This document shows positions 22,265 through 30,526 of a stretch of 32,000 nt of DNA, piece after piece. Under the pieces are notes generated by a model. It saw nothing but the letters and a program-made list of their open reading frames with translations. It made no database searches and was not told the DNA's origin. The stretch's first letter is position 1; every line of letters begins with the position of its first letter. Origin of the DNA: an uncultured Gammaproteobacteria bacterium (lineage in GTDB: Bacteria > Patescibacteriota > Microgenomatia > Daviesbacterales > UBA10151); the NCBI GenBank assembly GCA_964360965.1, contig CAYHYM010000003.1, forward strand, positions 1-32,000, read 5' to 3'. The translations under genes and the position numbers were made by a program.

Positions 22265-23292
22265 ATTATCTCTATAGTCCCACTGTACATCCCCATAGAA
22301 CAGGTCCAGGTAAGTTTACCGGGAGTTGTTGGAGTAAATTCAACCGGAGTAGTAACATTCTGAGCAAGCGTCTTACTAAGTCCCAGTTGAGGAATCCTAA
22401 AAGCTGCTGTGCATCCATATCCTCCTTTGGGTGTCAAATTAAGTCTTACTGGTAAACCAGACTGAACTTTAATATTGTTTGGAGTATAACTTGTGGGAAA
22501 AACTGTGATATCTGCAACTTGCACCCCTTCCTCATTTCGAACTAAAGATTCTGAAGTGGATTCTCCAGACAAATCAATATAAATTGGGATGGCATCTCTT
22601 ATTGTGGCAAGGGTAATTGGAGATCCTGCCAAAACCAAGCTACTGTTAAATGTGGTAATTCCCAAATACATAACCAGAGCTCCTGATAACTTAAAAAACT
22701 TAAGTTTAAAAGCATCTCCCAAAGTTGTTGTTAAAAACCCCAAGCCAAAAAACAATGGCACTGTTCCTATAGTAAATACCCCCAAAATAGCTGCTCCCAA
22801 AATTGGGGAGCCGGAAGATATAGCAAAAGCTTCCATGGCCAAGGTGGTGCCACAAGGAATAAATACTGTCAGAGCTCCCAAGAGTGCCGGAGCAAATAGG
22901 TCACGGCTTTTAGTGGTATCCTTAACCATTATCATCATAAACCTGGGAGGTTGAATAATTGCATACCTGAAAACGGGATGAATATTTAAAAGATTCAAAG
23001 CCACAGCAATCATATAAACCCCAGCCAGTAGTTGCATTACAATCCTAGCTGTATCTGATAAAGCCAAGGCAGAGCCAAATGCTCCTAGTATAAAACCTAA
23101 AGTGACATAGGCTAAAAATTTGGTAGTCAAGAAGGCCAAAATAGGAAAGAGATTGTGTTTTCTCCGGCTACCTTCTTCCAAATCCTGTTCCTCGCGTACA
23201 GCAATAGTTGATGCCAAAAGCCCACCCTGTACTGCCAAACAGGTAAGTCCTCCAACAGTTAAACCAGTTAAAAATATAAGCCAAAGATCCAT
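22261..23292 (-). CDS. DsbD_2/TauE-SafE-like permease domain fused to a C-terminal cupredoxin-like domain
   Basis: 343 aa, polytopic N-terminal part with GGLTCLA and FIPCGT motifs. The C-terminal about 90 aa (ITVFPTSYTPNNIKV...LTWTCSMGMYSGTIEI) matches the Cupredoxin_1 pattern. It overlaps copZ by 4 nt. Confidence 0.6.
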   Translation of the reverse strand: MDLWLIFLTGLTVGGLTCLAVQGGLLASTIAVREEQDLEEGSRRKHNLFPILAFLTTKFLAYVTLGFILGAFGSALALSDTARIVMQLLAGVYMIAVALNLLNIHPVFRYAIIQPPRFMMIMVKDTTKSRDLFAPALLGALTVFIPCGTTLAMEAFAISSGSPILGAAILGVFTIGTVPLFFGLGFLTTTLGDAFKLKFFKLSGALVMYLGITTFNSSLVLAGSPITLATIRDAIPIYIDLSGESTSESLVRNEEGVQVADITVFPTSYTPNNIKVQSGLPVRLNLTPKGGYGCTAAFRIPQLGLSKTLAQNVTTPVEFTPTTPGKLTWTCSMGMYSGTIEII

Positions 23293-23293
23293 A

Positions 23294-25300
23294 CTATATT
23301 TTCACTCTTTTTAATAATAACGAATTAGTAACAACAGATATAGAACTTGTGGCCATAGCAACTGATGCAAAAATCGGATTCAATAGTAAATGAAAGAATG
23401 AATAGAGAATTCCCATAGCAACAGGTATCAGTATAATATTATATCCAAAAGCCCAAAACAGATTCAACTTAATAGTTCTCATGGTTTTTTGGGATAACTC
23501 AACTGCATGAGCTACGGATTTTAAGTCTTTATTGATTAGTGTAATATCAGCAGCTTCTATTGCTACATCCGTACCAGTTCCCATGGCAATGCCTATATCT
23601 GCAGCAGCCAGAGCTGGAGCATCGTTAATCCCATCACCAACCATAGCAACTTTTTTACCCTCTGCCTGAATTTTTTTCACCTCTGCTTCTTTCTGATCTG
23701 GTAAGACTTCTGCCAAAACTCTTTTAATACCCACTTGATCTGCAATAGCGTCAGCAGTCCTCTTATTATCTCCTGTAATCATCACAACTTCTATGCCCAT
23801 TTTTTGCAATGACTGCACACCTTCTCTGGCAGTGTCTTTTAAAGTATCGGCCACAGCAATTAAACCCGCTAATTTTCTATTTGCAGCCAGCATCATTACT
23901 GTCTTACCATCATTTTCAAATTTCTCAATATCTGTGAGATTTTTTTCATAAATCACGTTCTCCCTGTCCATAAGCTTGCGATTTCCCAGGAAAACTTTCT
24001 GGTTGTTAACTACCCCTTCTATCCCAAATCCAGGGATTGCTTTAAAATATTTAACCTTCGGAATAGTCTCACCCTCTATGCCAAGATTTCTTCCATACTC
24101 TAAAATTGCTTCTGCAAGAGAATGTTCTGAAGACTTTTCCAGAGCAACTGCCCGAGAAAGTATTAGCATATCACTGTTATACATTCTATTACCCGTTGTC
24201 TTAATATCTGTAACCACTGGTTTCCCTTTGGTGAGTGTTCCTGTTTTATCAAAAATCACGGTATTTATTTTATGGGCTGTTTCCAAGCTTTCTGCATCTT
24301 TTATTAAAATCCCATGCTCTGCCCCAATCCCTGTTCCCACCATAATAGCTGTGGGAGTAGCCAGACCCATGGCACAAGGGCAGGCAATAATTAAAACTGC
24401 TATGGCATTTAACATGGCAAATAAGAGGGGGACCTGCCCTGAGCTTGTCGAAGGGCCAAACACATACCAACCGACAAATGTGACAATTGCCAGCATAATC
24501 ACAATGGGCACAAAATAAGAGGAAATTAAATCTGCAATCCTTTGGATTGGAGCTTTAGAGCCTTGTGCTTCCTGGACTAACTTAATAATTTGAGCGAGCA
24601 TGGTATCAGAACCTACTTTTGTGGCTTTATAAGTAAAAGTGCCTGATTTATTAATTGTTGCCCCGACAACTATATCTCCTTTAGCTTTATCAACCGGCAT
24701 ACTCTCACCAGTTATCATTGACTCATCTATAGAGGATTCACCTTCAACTATCACTCCATCTACTGGAATTTTCTCACCAGGTCTGACTCTGATTACATTA
24801 CCAACCACAACCTGATCAATAGGTATATCTTTTTCCTGACCATCAACTAGAACCCTGGCAGTTTTAGCTTGTAATCCAATTAATTTTTTAATAGCTTCAG
24901 AAGTTCCAGCTTTGGCTTTGGCCTCAAAATAACGGCCAAGCAAAATCAAACCGATAATAATTGTGGAAACATCAAAATACGGTTCCGGTTTGATGCCAAT
25001 ATTTTCCATCACTTGAGGAAAAATAGTCACAAAGGCGGAATAGGAAAAAGCCACACTAGTACCAATGGCAACCAGTGTGTCCATATTGGCAGTACGATGA
25101 CGCAGTGCAGGCAGTGTTGCTTGATAAAATTCCCATCCTGCCCAAAATTGAACTGGGGTGGCCAAAAGCAGTTGTACCCAGAAGTTTTGTAAAATAGTTG
25201 GGGAAGTTACCATTAATCCTGGAAAAGAACCCCATAAAATCAGTCCACCTAAAACCAAACTTATTACCACTTTAATTTGTAAATCCTTCTCTCTGTTCAT
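23294..25300 (-). CDS. copA: copper-translocating P1B-type ATPase (no N-terminal HMA domain)
   Basis: 668 aa. CPC motif ([13 protein letters not shown]), DKTGTLT, MITGDN and [11 protein letters not shown]. Confidence 0.9.
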   Translation of the reverse strand: MNREKDLQIKVVISLVLGGLILWGSFPGLMVTSPTILQNFWVQLLLATPVQFWAGWEFYQATLPALRHRTANMDTLVAIGTSVAFSYSAFVTIFPQVMENIGIKPEPYFDVSTIIIGLILLGRYFEAKAKAGTSEAIKKLIGLQAKTARVLVDGQEKDIPIDQVVVGNVIRVRPGEKIPVDGVIVEGESSIDESMITGESMPVDKAKGDIVVGATINKSGTFTYKATKVGSDTMLAQIIKLVQEAQGSKAPIQRIADLISSYFVPIVIMLAIVTFVGWYVFGPSTSSGQVPLLFAMLNAIAVLIIACPCAMGLATPTAIMVGTGIGAEHGILIKDAESLETAHKINTVIFDKTGTLTKGKPVVTDIKTTGNRMYNSDMLILSRAVALEKSSEHSLAEAILEYGRNLGIEGETIPKVKYFKAIPGFGIEGVVNNQKVFLGNRKLMDRENVIYEKNLTDIEKFENDGKTVMMLAANRKLAGLIAVADTLKDTAREGVQSLQKMGIEVVMITGDNKRTADAIADQVGIKRVLAEVLPDQKEAEVKKIQAEGKKVAMVGDGINDAPALAAADIGIAMGTGTDVAIEAADITLINKDLKSVAHAVELSQKTMRTIKLNLFWAFGYNIILIPVAMGILYSFFHLLLNPIFASVAMATSSISVVTNSLLLKRVKI
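24436..24456 (+). repeat. CTGAGC-N4-CGAAG element, intragenic
   Basis: gcc-CTGAGC-ttgt-CGAAG-ggc. It is read in frame as PSTSSGQ, just upstream of the CPC helix. Confidence 0.65.
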
Positions 25301-25303
25301 AAG

Positions 25304-25663
25304 TTATTTCACAATAATCTTTCCATGAAACATGTTCATCCCACAGGAATAGGTATATTCACCCGTATTTTGTGGGGTTATTTCTACAGTTACTTTTTCA
25401 TTCAAAGGTAAGTATTGGCGGATTCTAAAATCACCCAACACAACCTCTTCTAAACAACTACCTGGATCTTTACGGATAAAATTAATCTTTGTCAGTTTTC
25501 CTTTAGGTATAGAAATCATCTCTGGAGAATAACCACCTTCAACCACAACATCCACCTCGTTCTCCACTACCACCTCTTTTTCTTTCTTCATCAGGAAAAA
25601 CCAATAAGTAAAGATTATTCCAGCTATTCCCATAAACAATACCAATAACTTATCAAAACTCAT
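25304..25663 (-). CDS. membrane-anchored cupredoxin-like domain protein
   Basis: 119 aa. One N-terminal TM helix and YTYSCGMNMFHGKIIV, the same Cupredoxin_1-type ending as the C-terminus of 22261-23292. Confidence 0.65.
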   Translation of the reverse strand: MSFDKLLVLFMGIAGIIFTYWFFLMKKEKEVVVENEVDVVVEGGYSPEMISIPKGKLTKINFIRKDPGSCLEEVVLGDFRIRQYLPLNEKVTVEITPQNTGEYTYSCGMNMFHGKIIVK

Positions 25664-25929
25664 TGTGATTTTTTAAAAACGTTCATAATTTCAAAAATGG
25701 CTTCCTTTTGCCGACCTGCTTTAATAGCTTTTGCAGCACAAGTTTTTAAATGATTTTCTAAAGTTAAGGCATCTGCTTCCTGCAAGGCTCTTTGGACTGC
25801 TTTAGATTGATGAATCACATCAATACAGTATTCACCACCCTCTACCATCTTAATAACCCTCTTTAGGTGTCCCTGAGAAATCTTTAGTCTATGAAGAATT
25901 CTTTCCTGAGTATCCTTAGGTCTATACAT
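25660..25929 (-). CDS. csoR: CsoR-family copper-sensing transcriptional repressor
   Basis: 89 aa. HRLKISQGHLKRVIKMVE...YCIDVIHQ...HLKTC places the conserved C-H-C ligand positions in the DUF156/CsoR helix bundle. Confidence 0.85.
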   Translation of the reverse strand: MYRPKDTQERILHRLKISQGHLKRVIKMVEGGEYCIDVIHQSKAVQRALQEADALTLENHLKTCAAKAIKAGRQKEAIFEIMNVFKKSQ

Positions 25930-25938
25930 AATACCTAT

Positions 25939-25967
25939 ACTATATCCCCCGGTAGGGGATATGTCAA
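25939..25967 (-). promoter_or_regulatory. sigma70-type promoter with an embedded CsoR-type operator palindrome
   Basis: The minus strand reads TTGACA-tatcccctaccggggga-TATAGT-ataggtatt-ATG. The 17-nt spacer is filled by the palindrome ATATCCCC-taccg-GGGGATAT (25942-25962). Only 9 nt separate the -10 from the csoR ATG. Confidence 0.6.
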
Positions 25968-26100
25968 GTCAACGAAAATACTTATTTTCTCCCTTTCTTA
26001 ATTCCGGAATCAGTCAGTTTTTCTTAAAGCCCGCAGTGTAAAGAGGTGTAGGAAACTCTAAAGCTAAATTCTTTTGCGGACTAGGAGTTGACAATTAGAT

Positions 26101-27033
26101 TTGAATACTGATATCATTAAATTAATGCTCACTTCAGCTAAATTCAGTGTAAACGGACAAAAAGGATTTATCTATACTCCAATTTTAGTAGTCTTAATTA
26201 CTGTAGTTACTGTGGGTACTATGTTAGCCAGCCAAAATCCCCTCCCAGATGTTAAAGGAACATTAATTGCCAAGGATGATGATTCATCTGGATCATCAGG
26301 AAGTGGAACAGGTGGAGATAACACCAAAACTGAAACCACCACCCCAGAAGGAGTAAGAATAAAAGCCAAAACAGATGAAGATAAACAAAAGACAGAAATA
26401 AGATTTGGTGAAGGTGAAAAGATCAAGACTAAAGTTGAAGAAGGGAGAACCAGAATTGATGTTTATTCGGGTGGAATAAAAGTCAGATATGAGGTTAGAG
26501 ATGGTAGAGTAACAATTAAGGCTAAAACAGAAGGAGGTGAAAATGTAGAAGAACAGGAACTTTTCAAAATTGTAGATAGACTTAATAAAACAGGTATAAA
26601 AGTGGCCACAGAAGGAGGTAAACTTTTGGTAGTAAGAAATAATATAGGAGCTCTATCCAATTTTCCACTATCGGTTGATCTAAATACCAATCAACTAATT
26701 GCCTCAACCTCTGCAGGGACAAGAGTATTAACAGTTCTTCCTGATCAAGCAGTCCAAAACATGCTTGCGGCAAATGTTATCTCTAGGCTTGGTCCAAAGG
26801 CAATTACAGAGGCTGCAAGGACAGGACAGGCAACCACTGTAAGTAGCATTATTCAACTTGGATTAAGAAATAATATTCCTGTTTATGAAATTCTAGGAAT
26901 ACGCGACTTCCGATTGTTGGGATTCATCCCAATATCTTTACCTGTTACAGCAGTAGTTTCTGCAGAAACAGGAGATTTAGTTAATGTAGATCAACCATTA
27001 ACTACCACCATAGTAGACTTACTTTCCCCTTAA
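26101..27033 (+). CDS. hypothetical N-terminally anchored exported protein with a Gly/Ser linker and Lys/Glu-rich beta repeats
   Basis: 310 aa. TTG start at 26101 (AGGAG 13 nt upstream), or alternatively the ATG at 26125. One TM helix. No family recognised. Confidence 0.55.
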   Translation: MNTDIIKLMLTSAKFSVNGQKGFIYTPILVVLITVVTVGTMLASQNPLPDVKGTLIAKDDDSSGSSGSGTGGDNTKTETTTPEGVRIKAKTDEDKQKTEIRFGEGEKIKTKVEEGRTRIDVYSGGIKVRYEVRDGRVTIKAKTEGGENVEEQELFKIVDRLNKTGIKVATEGGKLLVVRNNIGALSNFPLSVDLNTNQLIASTSAGTRVLTVLPDQAVQNMLAANVISRLGPKAITEAARTGQATTVSSIIQLGLRNNIPVYEILGIRDFRLLGFIPISLPVTAVVSAETGDLVNVDQPLTTTIVDLLSP

Positions 27034-27743
27034 CTTCCTCTAATAACTTTGACTAACTGTCTAAGACGATTTGGATCAAAATCTTCAGTTCCTGGGACAA
27101 GCAAACTGGTAGCTACTAAGAAAGCATCGGTATAAGGCATATAAACTTCTACGTTTTTGGGGGAGATGCCACTGGCGATAGCTAAAGGGTAATTACCAAT
27201 AGCTTCTCTGAATATCCTAATTTTTTCTGGATCAGCCTCTTGTCCAGTGGCAGGACCAGAGGTAGTAATTACATCAGTATAGACCATAGTTTTTCTGGCA
27301 GCCTCACCTAACATATCTTTGGGAACTGGACGCTGATATTTAAAAGCTACCCCGCCAAAGTCTAATCCCTCCCAGCCACTATTCTCCCTTACCTTTTTAT
27401 TTCTTTCTGCCATGACTTGCTCCTCCAACCTCTCATCGACCTCGACATTATCGAACCATAAACCTGGTACTCCCTGGCTTAAATACCTAAATACCAAAGG
27501 TGTCTCTGCACCCAAATAATTTACTCCCACCCAAAAATCAGGTATTTGCTGCTGAACTACCTGGTGTACATTCCACAGATTTCTATGATCCATCCCCCTC
27601 ATGCTAATCAGGAACGCTCCATTGCAACCAGTATCTTGAGCAATTCTGATATTATGTACTGCTTGAGTAACATTTTCTACATGAACAACAGACAAGATAG
27701 TATGTTCACTGGTAAAAACTTCTCTGAAATTAGCCATCATCAC
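27030..27743 (-). CDS. BtpA/SgcQ-family TIM-barrel protein
   Basis: 237 aa. WVGVNYLG and ...TTSGPATGQEADPEKIRIF...AIASGISPKNVEVY...LVATSL resemble the SgcQ/BtpA layout, recalled from memory. Confidence 0.45.
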   Translation of the reverse strand: MMMANFREVFTSEHTILSVVHVENVTQAVHNIRIAQDTGCNGAFLISMRGMDHRNLWNVHQVVQQQIPDFWVGVNYLGAETPLVFRYLSQGVPGLWFDNVEVDERLEEQVMAERNKKVRENSGWEGLDFGGVAFKYQRPVPKDMLGEAARKTMVYTDVITTSGPATGQEADPEKIRIFREAIGNYPLAIASGISPKNVEVYMPYTDAFLVATSLLVPGTEDFDPNRLRQLVKVIRGS

Positions 27744-27755
27744 CAGGAGTATAGG

Positions 27756-28778
27756 TTATTTATCCTTCATGCGCAAGACCGCAGTCACAGCTTTAATAAT
27801 AGCCTCTTTGCCCAAGCCAAATTTTTCCATTAGTTCACTGGGTTCTCCACTTTCTCCAAACCTATCTTCCACCCCTACTCTTTTAATTGGTACTGGATAA
27901 TTTTCAGACAAAACTTCTGCTACTGCCCCACCTAAACCACCAATTATTTGGTGTTCTTCAACTGTTACTATTGCCCCACAATCTTTTGCAGCTTGTAGGA
28001 TCGTCTTTTTATCCAAAGGTTTTAAGGTGTGGGAATTTATTACTCGAACACTTATTTTGTGCGATTCTAGCTCTTTTGCAGCCAATAGAGCCTGATAAAC
28101 TAAAGGCCCACAGGCGATTAGACAAACATCTAATCGTCCTGAGCGAACATCGTGAGTCGAGGGACCACCATCCCAGAGTACTTCAGCCCTACCTATCTCA
28201 AATGGCGAATCCTCTGTGGTGAATACAGGTGTTTTTTCTCTAGTAAATCTAAGATAAGTAGGCTTACCATTAAATGCTGCAGCAAGGGTGGCTTTCTTGG
28301 CTTCAATGCTATCACAAGGGGCAATCACCATTATATTAGGCACAGCCCGCATGATGGCCATGTCTTCCAGTTGTTGATGAGTAGCCCCATCAGGACCAAC
28401 AGAAATCCCGGCATGGGCTCCGGCAATCTTAACCGGCACATCGTTTATAGCAATGGTGGTTCTGATCTGTTCCCAATTTCTGCCTGGTGAGAAAGCAGCA
28501 TATGATGAGATAAAAGGAATTTTGCCATAATTGGCCATTCCTGCTGCCACTGTAGCCATCATTTGCTCTGCCACCCCAACTTCAATAAAACGATCAGGGA
28601 ATTTTTCTTTAAAAAGAATAGACCTGGTAGACTCTGTTAAATCCGCACATAAAACCACTACCCTTTCATCCCTCTCTCCAGCCAAGACTAATCCCTCCCC
28701 ATACCCTTCCCTGGTCGGTATTTGTTCAATATCCTGATCAAATATTTTTGGATTAAGATGAGCGTTTTTGTTTACCAT
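27756..28778 (-). CDS. tkt: transketolase, C-terminal half (pyrimidine-binding and C-terminal domains)
   Basis: 340 aa. FIEVGVAEQMM motif, DGATHQ, and the size typical of split transketolase subunit B. It contains an in-frame repeat insertion. Confidence 0.9.
   Translation of the reverse strand: MVNKNAHLNPKIFDQDIEQIPTREGYGEGLVLAGERDERVVVLCADLTESTRSILFKEKFPDRFIEVGVAEQMMATVAAGMANYGKIPFISSYAAFSPGRNWEQIRTTIAINDVPVKIAGAHAGISVGPDGATHQQLEDMAIMRAVPNIMVIAPCDSIEAKKATLAAAFNGKPTYLRFTREKTPVFTTEDSPFEIGRAEVLWDGGPSTHDVRSGRLDVCLIACGPLVYQALLAAKELESHKISVRVINSHTLKPLDKKTILQAAKDCGAIVTVEEHQIIGGLGGAVAEVLSENYPVPIKRVGVEDRFGESGEPSELMEKFGLGKEAIIKAVTAVLRMKDK
28136..28165 (+). repeat. CTGAGC-N13-CGAGG element (long-loop variant), intragenic
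   Basis: gtc-CTGAGC-gaacatcgtgagt-CGAGG-gac. It is read in frame as PSTHDVRSGR. Confidence 0.6.
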
Positions 28779-28781
28779 ATT

Positions 28782-29288
28782 TTATCCCCACATATCTTTT
28801 AAAGCTGGAAATCTCTCAATATTTAATAAATCCATTAAAGCCAAGTTCCACCCAGTGTGTAATATCTCATGATCATTTAACCCATAAAGCATGGTAACTG
28901 CTGAAACTGGTTCTTGACTCCAAGGAACTATAATAAGTTTGTTTGCAATATCATCATTAGAAAGTTCCTCTATCAGTTTTTTATCCAATTCCTGAAGTCT
29001 TTGTAATGCTTCTTCTCTGCTTAATGATTTAAGGTTTTTATCATCACCAGAAACAAATTCTAATTTGCCGGTCTCCAATGCAATTACATAATCTCTCTCA
29101 GCTCCAATTTGATGACCCAAACTTTCCCTTATGGAGTCAGCTTTTCTGTCTGGATTATCAACCATTCTAAAATCTAGTTTATCTTCCGGAACTCTTTTAT
29201 AGAATTCAATATTAATATTTCTATTGGTCAGAAACTGTGTAAGAAAACTTTTTACTTTAGAATTAGTAATTTTTTTAATTTCATCCAT
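28782..29288 (-). CDS. DinB-superfamily (DinB_2-like) four-helix-bundle protein
   Basis: 168 aa. His residues spaced as in DinB (LGHQIGAERDY ... NDHEILHTGW). The stop lies 3 nt before the tkt C-half start. Confidence 0.5.
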   Translation of the reverse strand: MDEIKKITNSKVKSFLTQFLTNRNINIEFYKRVPEDKLDFRMVDNPDRKADSIRESLGHQIGAERDYVIALETGKLEFVSGDDKNLKSLSREEALQRLQELDKKLIEELSNDDIANKLIIVPWSQEPVSAVTMLYGLNDHEILHTGWNLALMDLLNIERFPALKDMWG

Positions 29289-29310
29289 GTTTATATTCCT
29301 TACTTAACTT

Positions 29311-29335
29311 GTCATCCCCGCGCAGGCGGGGATCC
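29311..29335 (+). repeat. GTCAT hairpin repeat (left)
   Basis: gtcat-ccccgc-gcag-gcgggg-atcc, with 8-bp stem atccccgc/gcggggat. Confidence 0.7.
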
Positions 29336-29337
29336 AT

Positions 29338-29622
29338 TTAAATGACCTGACTATATAAATCAGACCATTCTGGATTAAACTTATTAATTAGCTTCATCTT
29401 CCAGTATCTTTTCCATTTCTTCATTTGTTTCTCTCTCAATATAGCATCATTAATATTCTGATGCTGTTCATAATACACCAGTTCATGTACTCCATATTTT
29501 TCAGTAAATCCCTTCACTAAATTATTTTTATGTTCCCAAACCCTTCTTACCAAATTATCTGTTACTCCTATGTAAAAAGTCCCGTTTTTTCCGCTAGCCA
29601 GTATATAAACATAATATTCCAT
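29338..29622 (-). CDS. GIY-YIG (URI-domain) nuclease family protein, UPF0213-like
   Basis: 94 aa. YVYILASGKNGTFYIGVTDNLVRRVWEHK is the classic GIY-X10-YIG...R...E pattern. Confidence 0.85.
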   Translation of the reverse strand: MEYYVYILASGKNGTFYIGVTDNLVRRVWEHKNNLVKGFTEKYGVHELVYYEQHQNINDAILREKQMKKWKRYWKMKLINKFNPEWSDLYSQVI

Positions 29623-29631
29623 TTGTTAAGT

Positions 29632-29656
29632 GGATTCCTGCTTTCGCAGGAATGAC
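29632..29656 (-). repeat. GTCAT hairpin repeat (right, inverted)
   Basis: The plus strand reads ggattcctgctttcgcaggaatgac. Its reverse complement gtcat-tcctgc-gaaa-gcagga-atcc differs from the left copy by paired C:G to T:A stem changes. Confidence 0.7.
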
Positions 29657-29663
29657 AAAATCA

Positions 29664-30521
29664 CTATTCATGTTCGCCTTTGATCTTGCCACCTAGTGTC
29701 CTTAGTTGATGTAGAGCTTTTTTGGCTTCCTCAGGATTTGGTGGCTTGCTATGCCAAGCTGGATTCCACTCCATGAAATCAACTCCTTTTCCTGGAATTG
29801 TGTGAGCAATAATCACAGAAGGTTTACCATATTCAGATTTGGCATGACCCACAGCATCCGTGAACTCCACAATGTTATGACCATCAACATGCAAAACATG
29901 CCAACCAAAAGCCTCATACTTCTCAACCAAAGGCTCAAGCGGCATCACATCTTCTGTATGGCCGTCTATTTGAATATTGTTTCTATCAACTACAACTATT
30001 AAGTTTGACAGTTTGTATTTGCCGGCAAAAAGTACTGCCTCCCAGTGATTACCAGCATCATGCTCCCCATCAGAACAGATACAATAAACCCAAAATCTTT
30101 TTTTATCCATCCTGGCAGCATATGCATAACCTGAAGCTTGGGCAAGGCCAGAGCCTAATGGTCCAGATGTTGTCTCAACTCCAGGCAATTTGGTTCTTTC
30201 AGGATGACCCTGTAACCTAGTTCCAAGTTTTCTGAATGTTTTAAGTTCTTCAATGGGAAAATACCCAGAATGAGCCATGGCCACATACCTGACCGGACAA
30301 ATATGGCCATTGGATAAAAATAATCTATCTCTCTCTTCCCATTCTGGATTTTTTGGATCATGGTTTAAGATATTAAAATAAAAGGCAGTGAAAATATCTG
30401 CCATCCCCAAAGGTCCTGCAGAGTGCCCAGACCCTGCCTCAAGGAGCATCTTGATAATATCCTGGCGAATTTCATTAGCTTTTTCCTCTAACTGGTGGAT
30501 GTCATGACTTAAGATGGACAT
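29664..30521 (-). CDS. tkt: transketolase, N-terminal half (thiamine-diphosphate-binding domain)
   Basis: 285 aa. GSGHSAGPLGMADI, LSNGH and CSDGEHDAGNHWEA (TPP-binding GDG-like motif), typical of split transketolase subunit A. Confidence 0.9.
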   Translation of the reverse strand: MSILSHDIHQLEEKANEIRQDIIKMLLEAGSGHSAGPLGMADIFTAFYFNILNHDPKNPEWEERDRLFLSNGHICPVRYVAMAHSGYFPIEELKTFRKLGTRLQGHPERTKLPGVETTSGPLGSGLAQASGYAYAARMDKKRFWVYCICSDGEHDAGNHWEAVLFAGKYKLSNLIVVVDRNNIQIDGHTEDVMPLEPLVEKYEAFGWHVLHVDGHNIVEFTDAVGHAKSEYGKPSVIIAHTIPGKGVDFMEWNPAWHSKPPNPEEAKKALHQLRTLGGKIKGEHE

Positions 30522-30526
30522 ATTTT

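Larger units (their letters stand above)
29311..29656 (-). mobile_element. GIY-YIG gene cassette bounded by inverted GTCAT hairpin repeats
   Basis: The hairpins at 29311-29335 and 29632-29656 are inverted copies of one motif and immediately abut the 94-aa GIY-YIG ORF. The unit sits between the two transketolase halves. Confidence 0.4.

Noticed and set aside
23976-24518. 180-aa plus-strand ORF, and the 66-aa minus-strand ORF 24270-24470 (contains PFDKLRAGP)
   Set aside because: Both overlap copA, whose frame carries every P-type ATPase motif. The PFDKLRAG peptide is simply an alternative-frame reading of the CTGAGC...CGAAG repeat.
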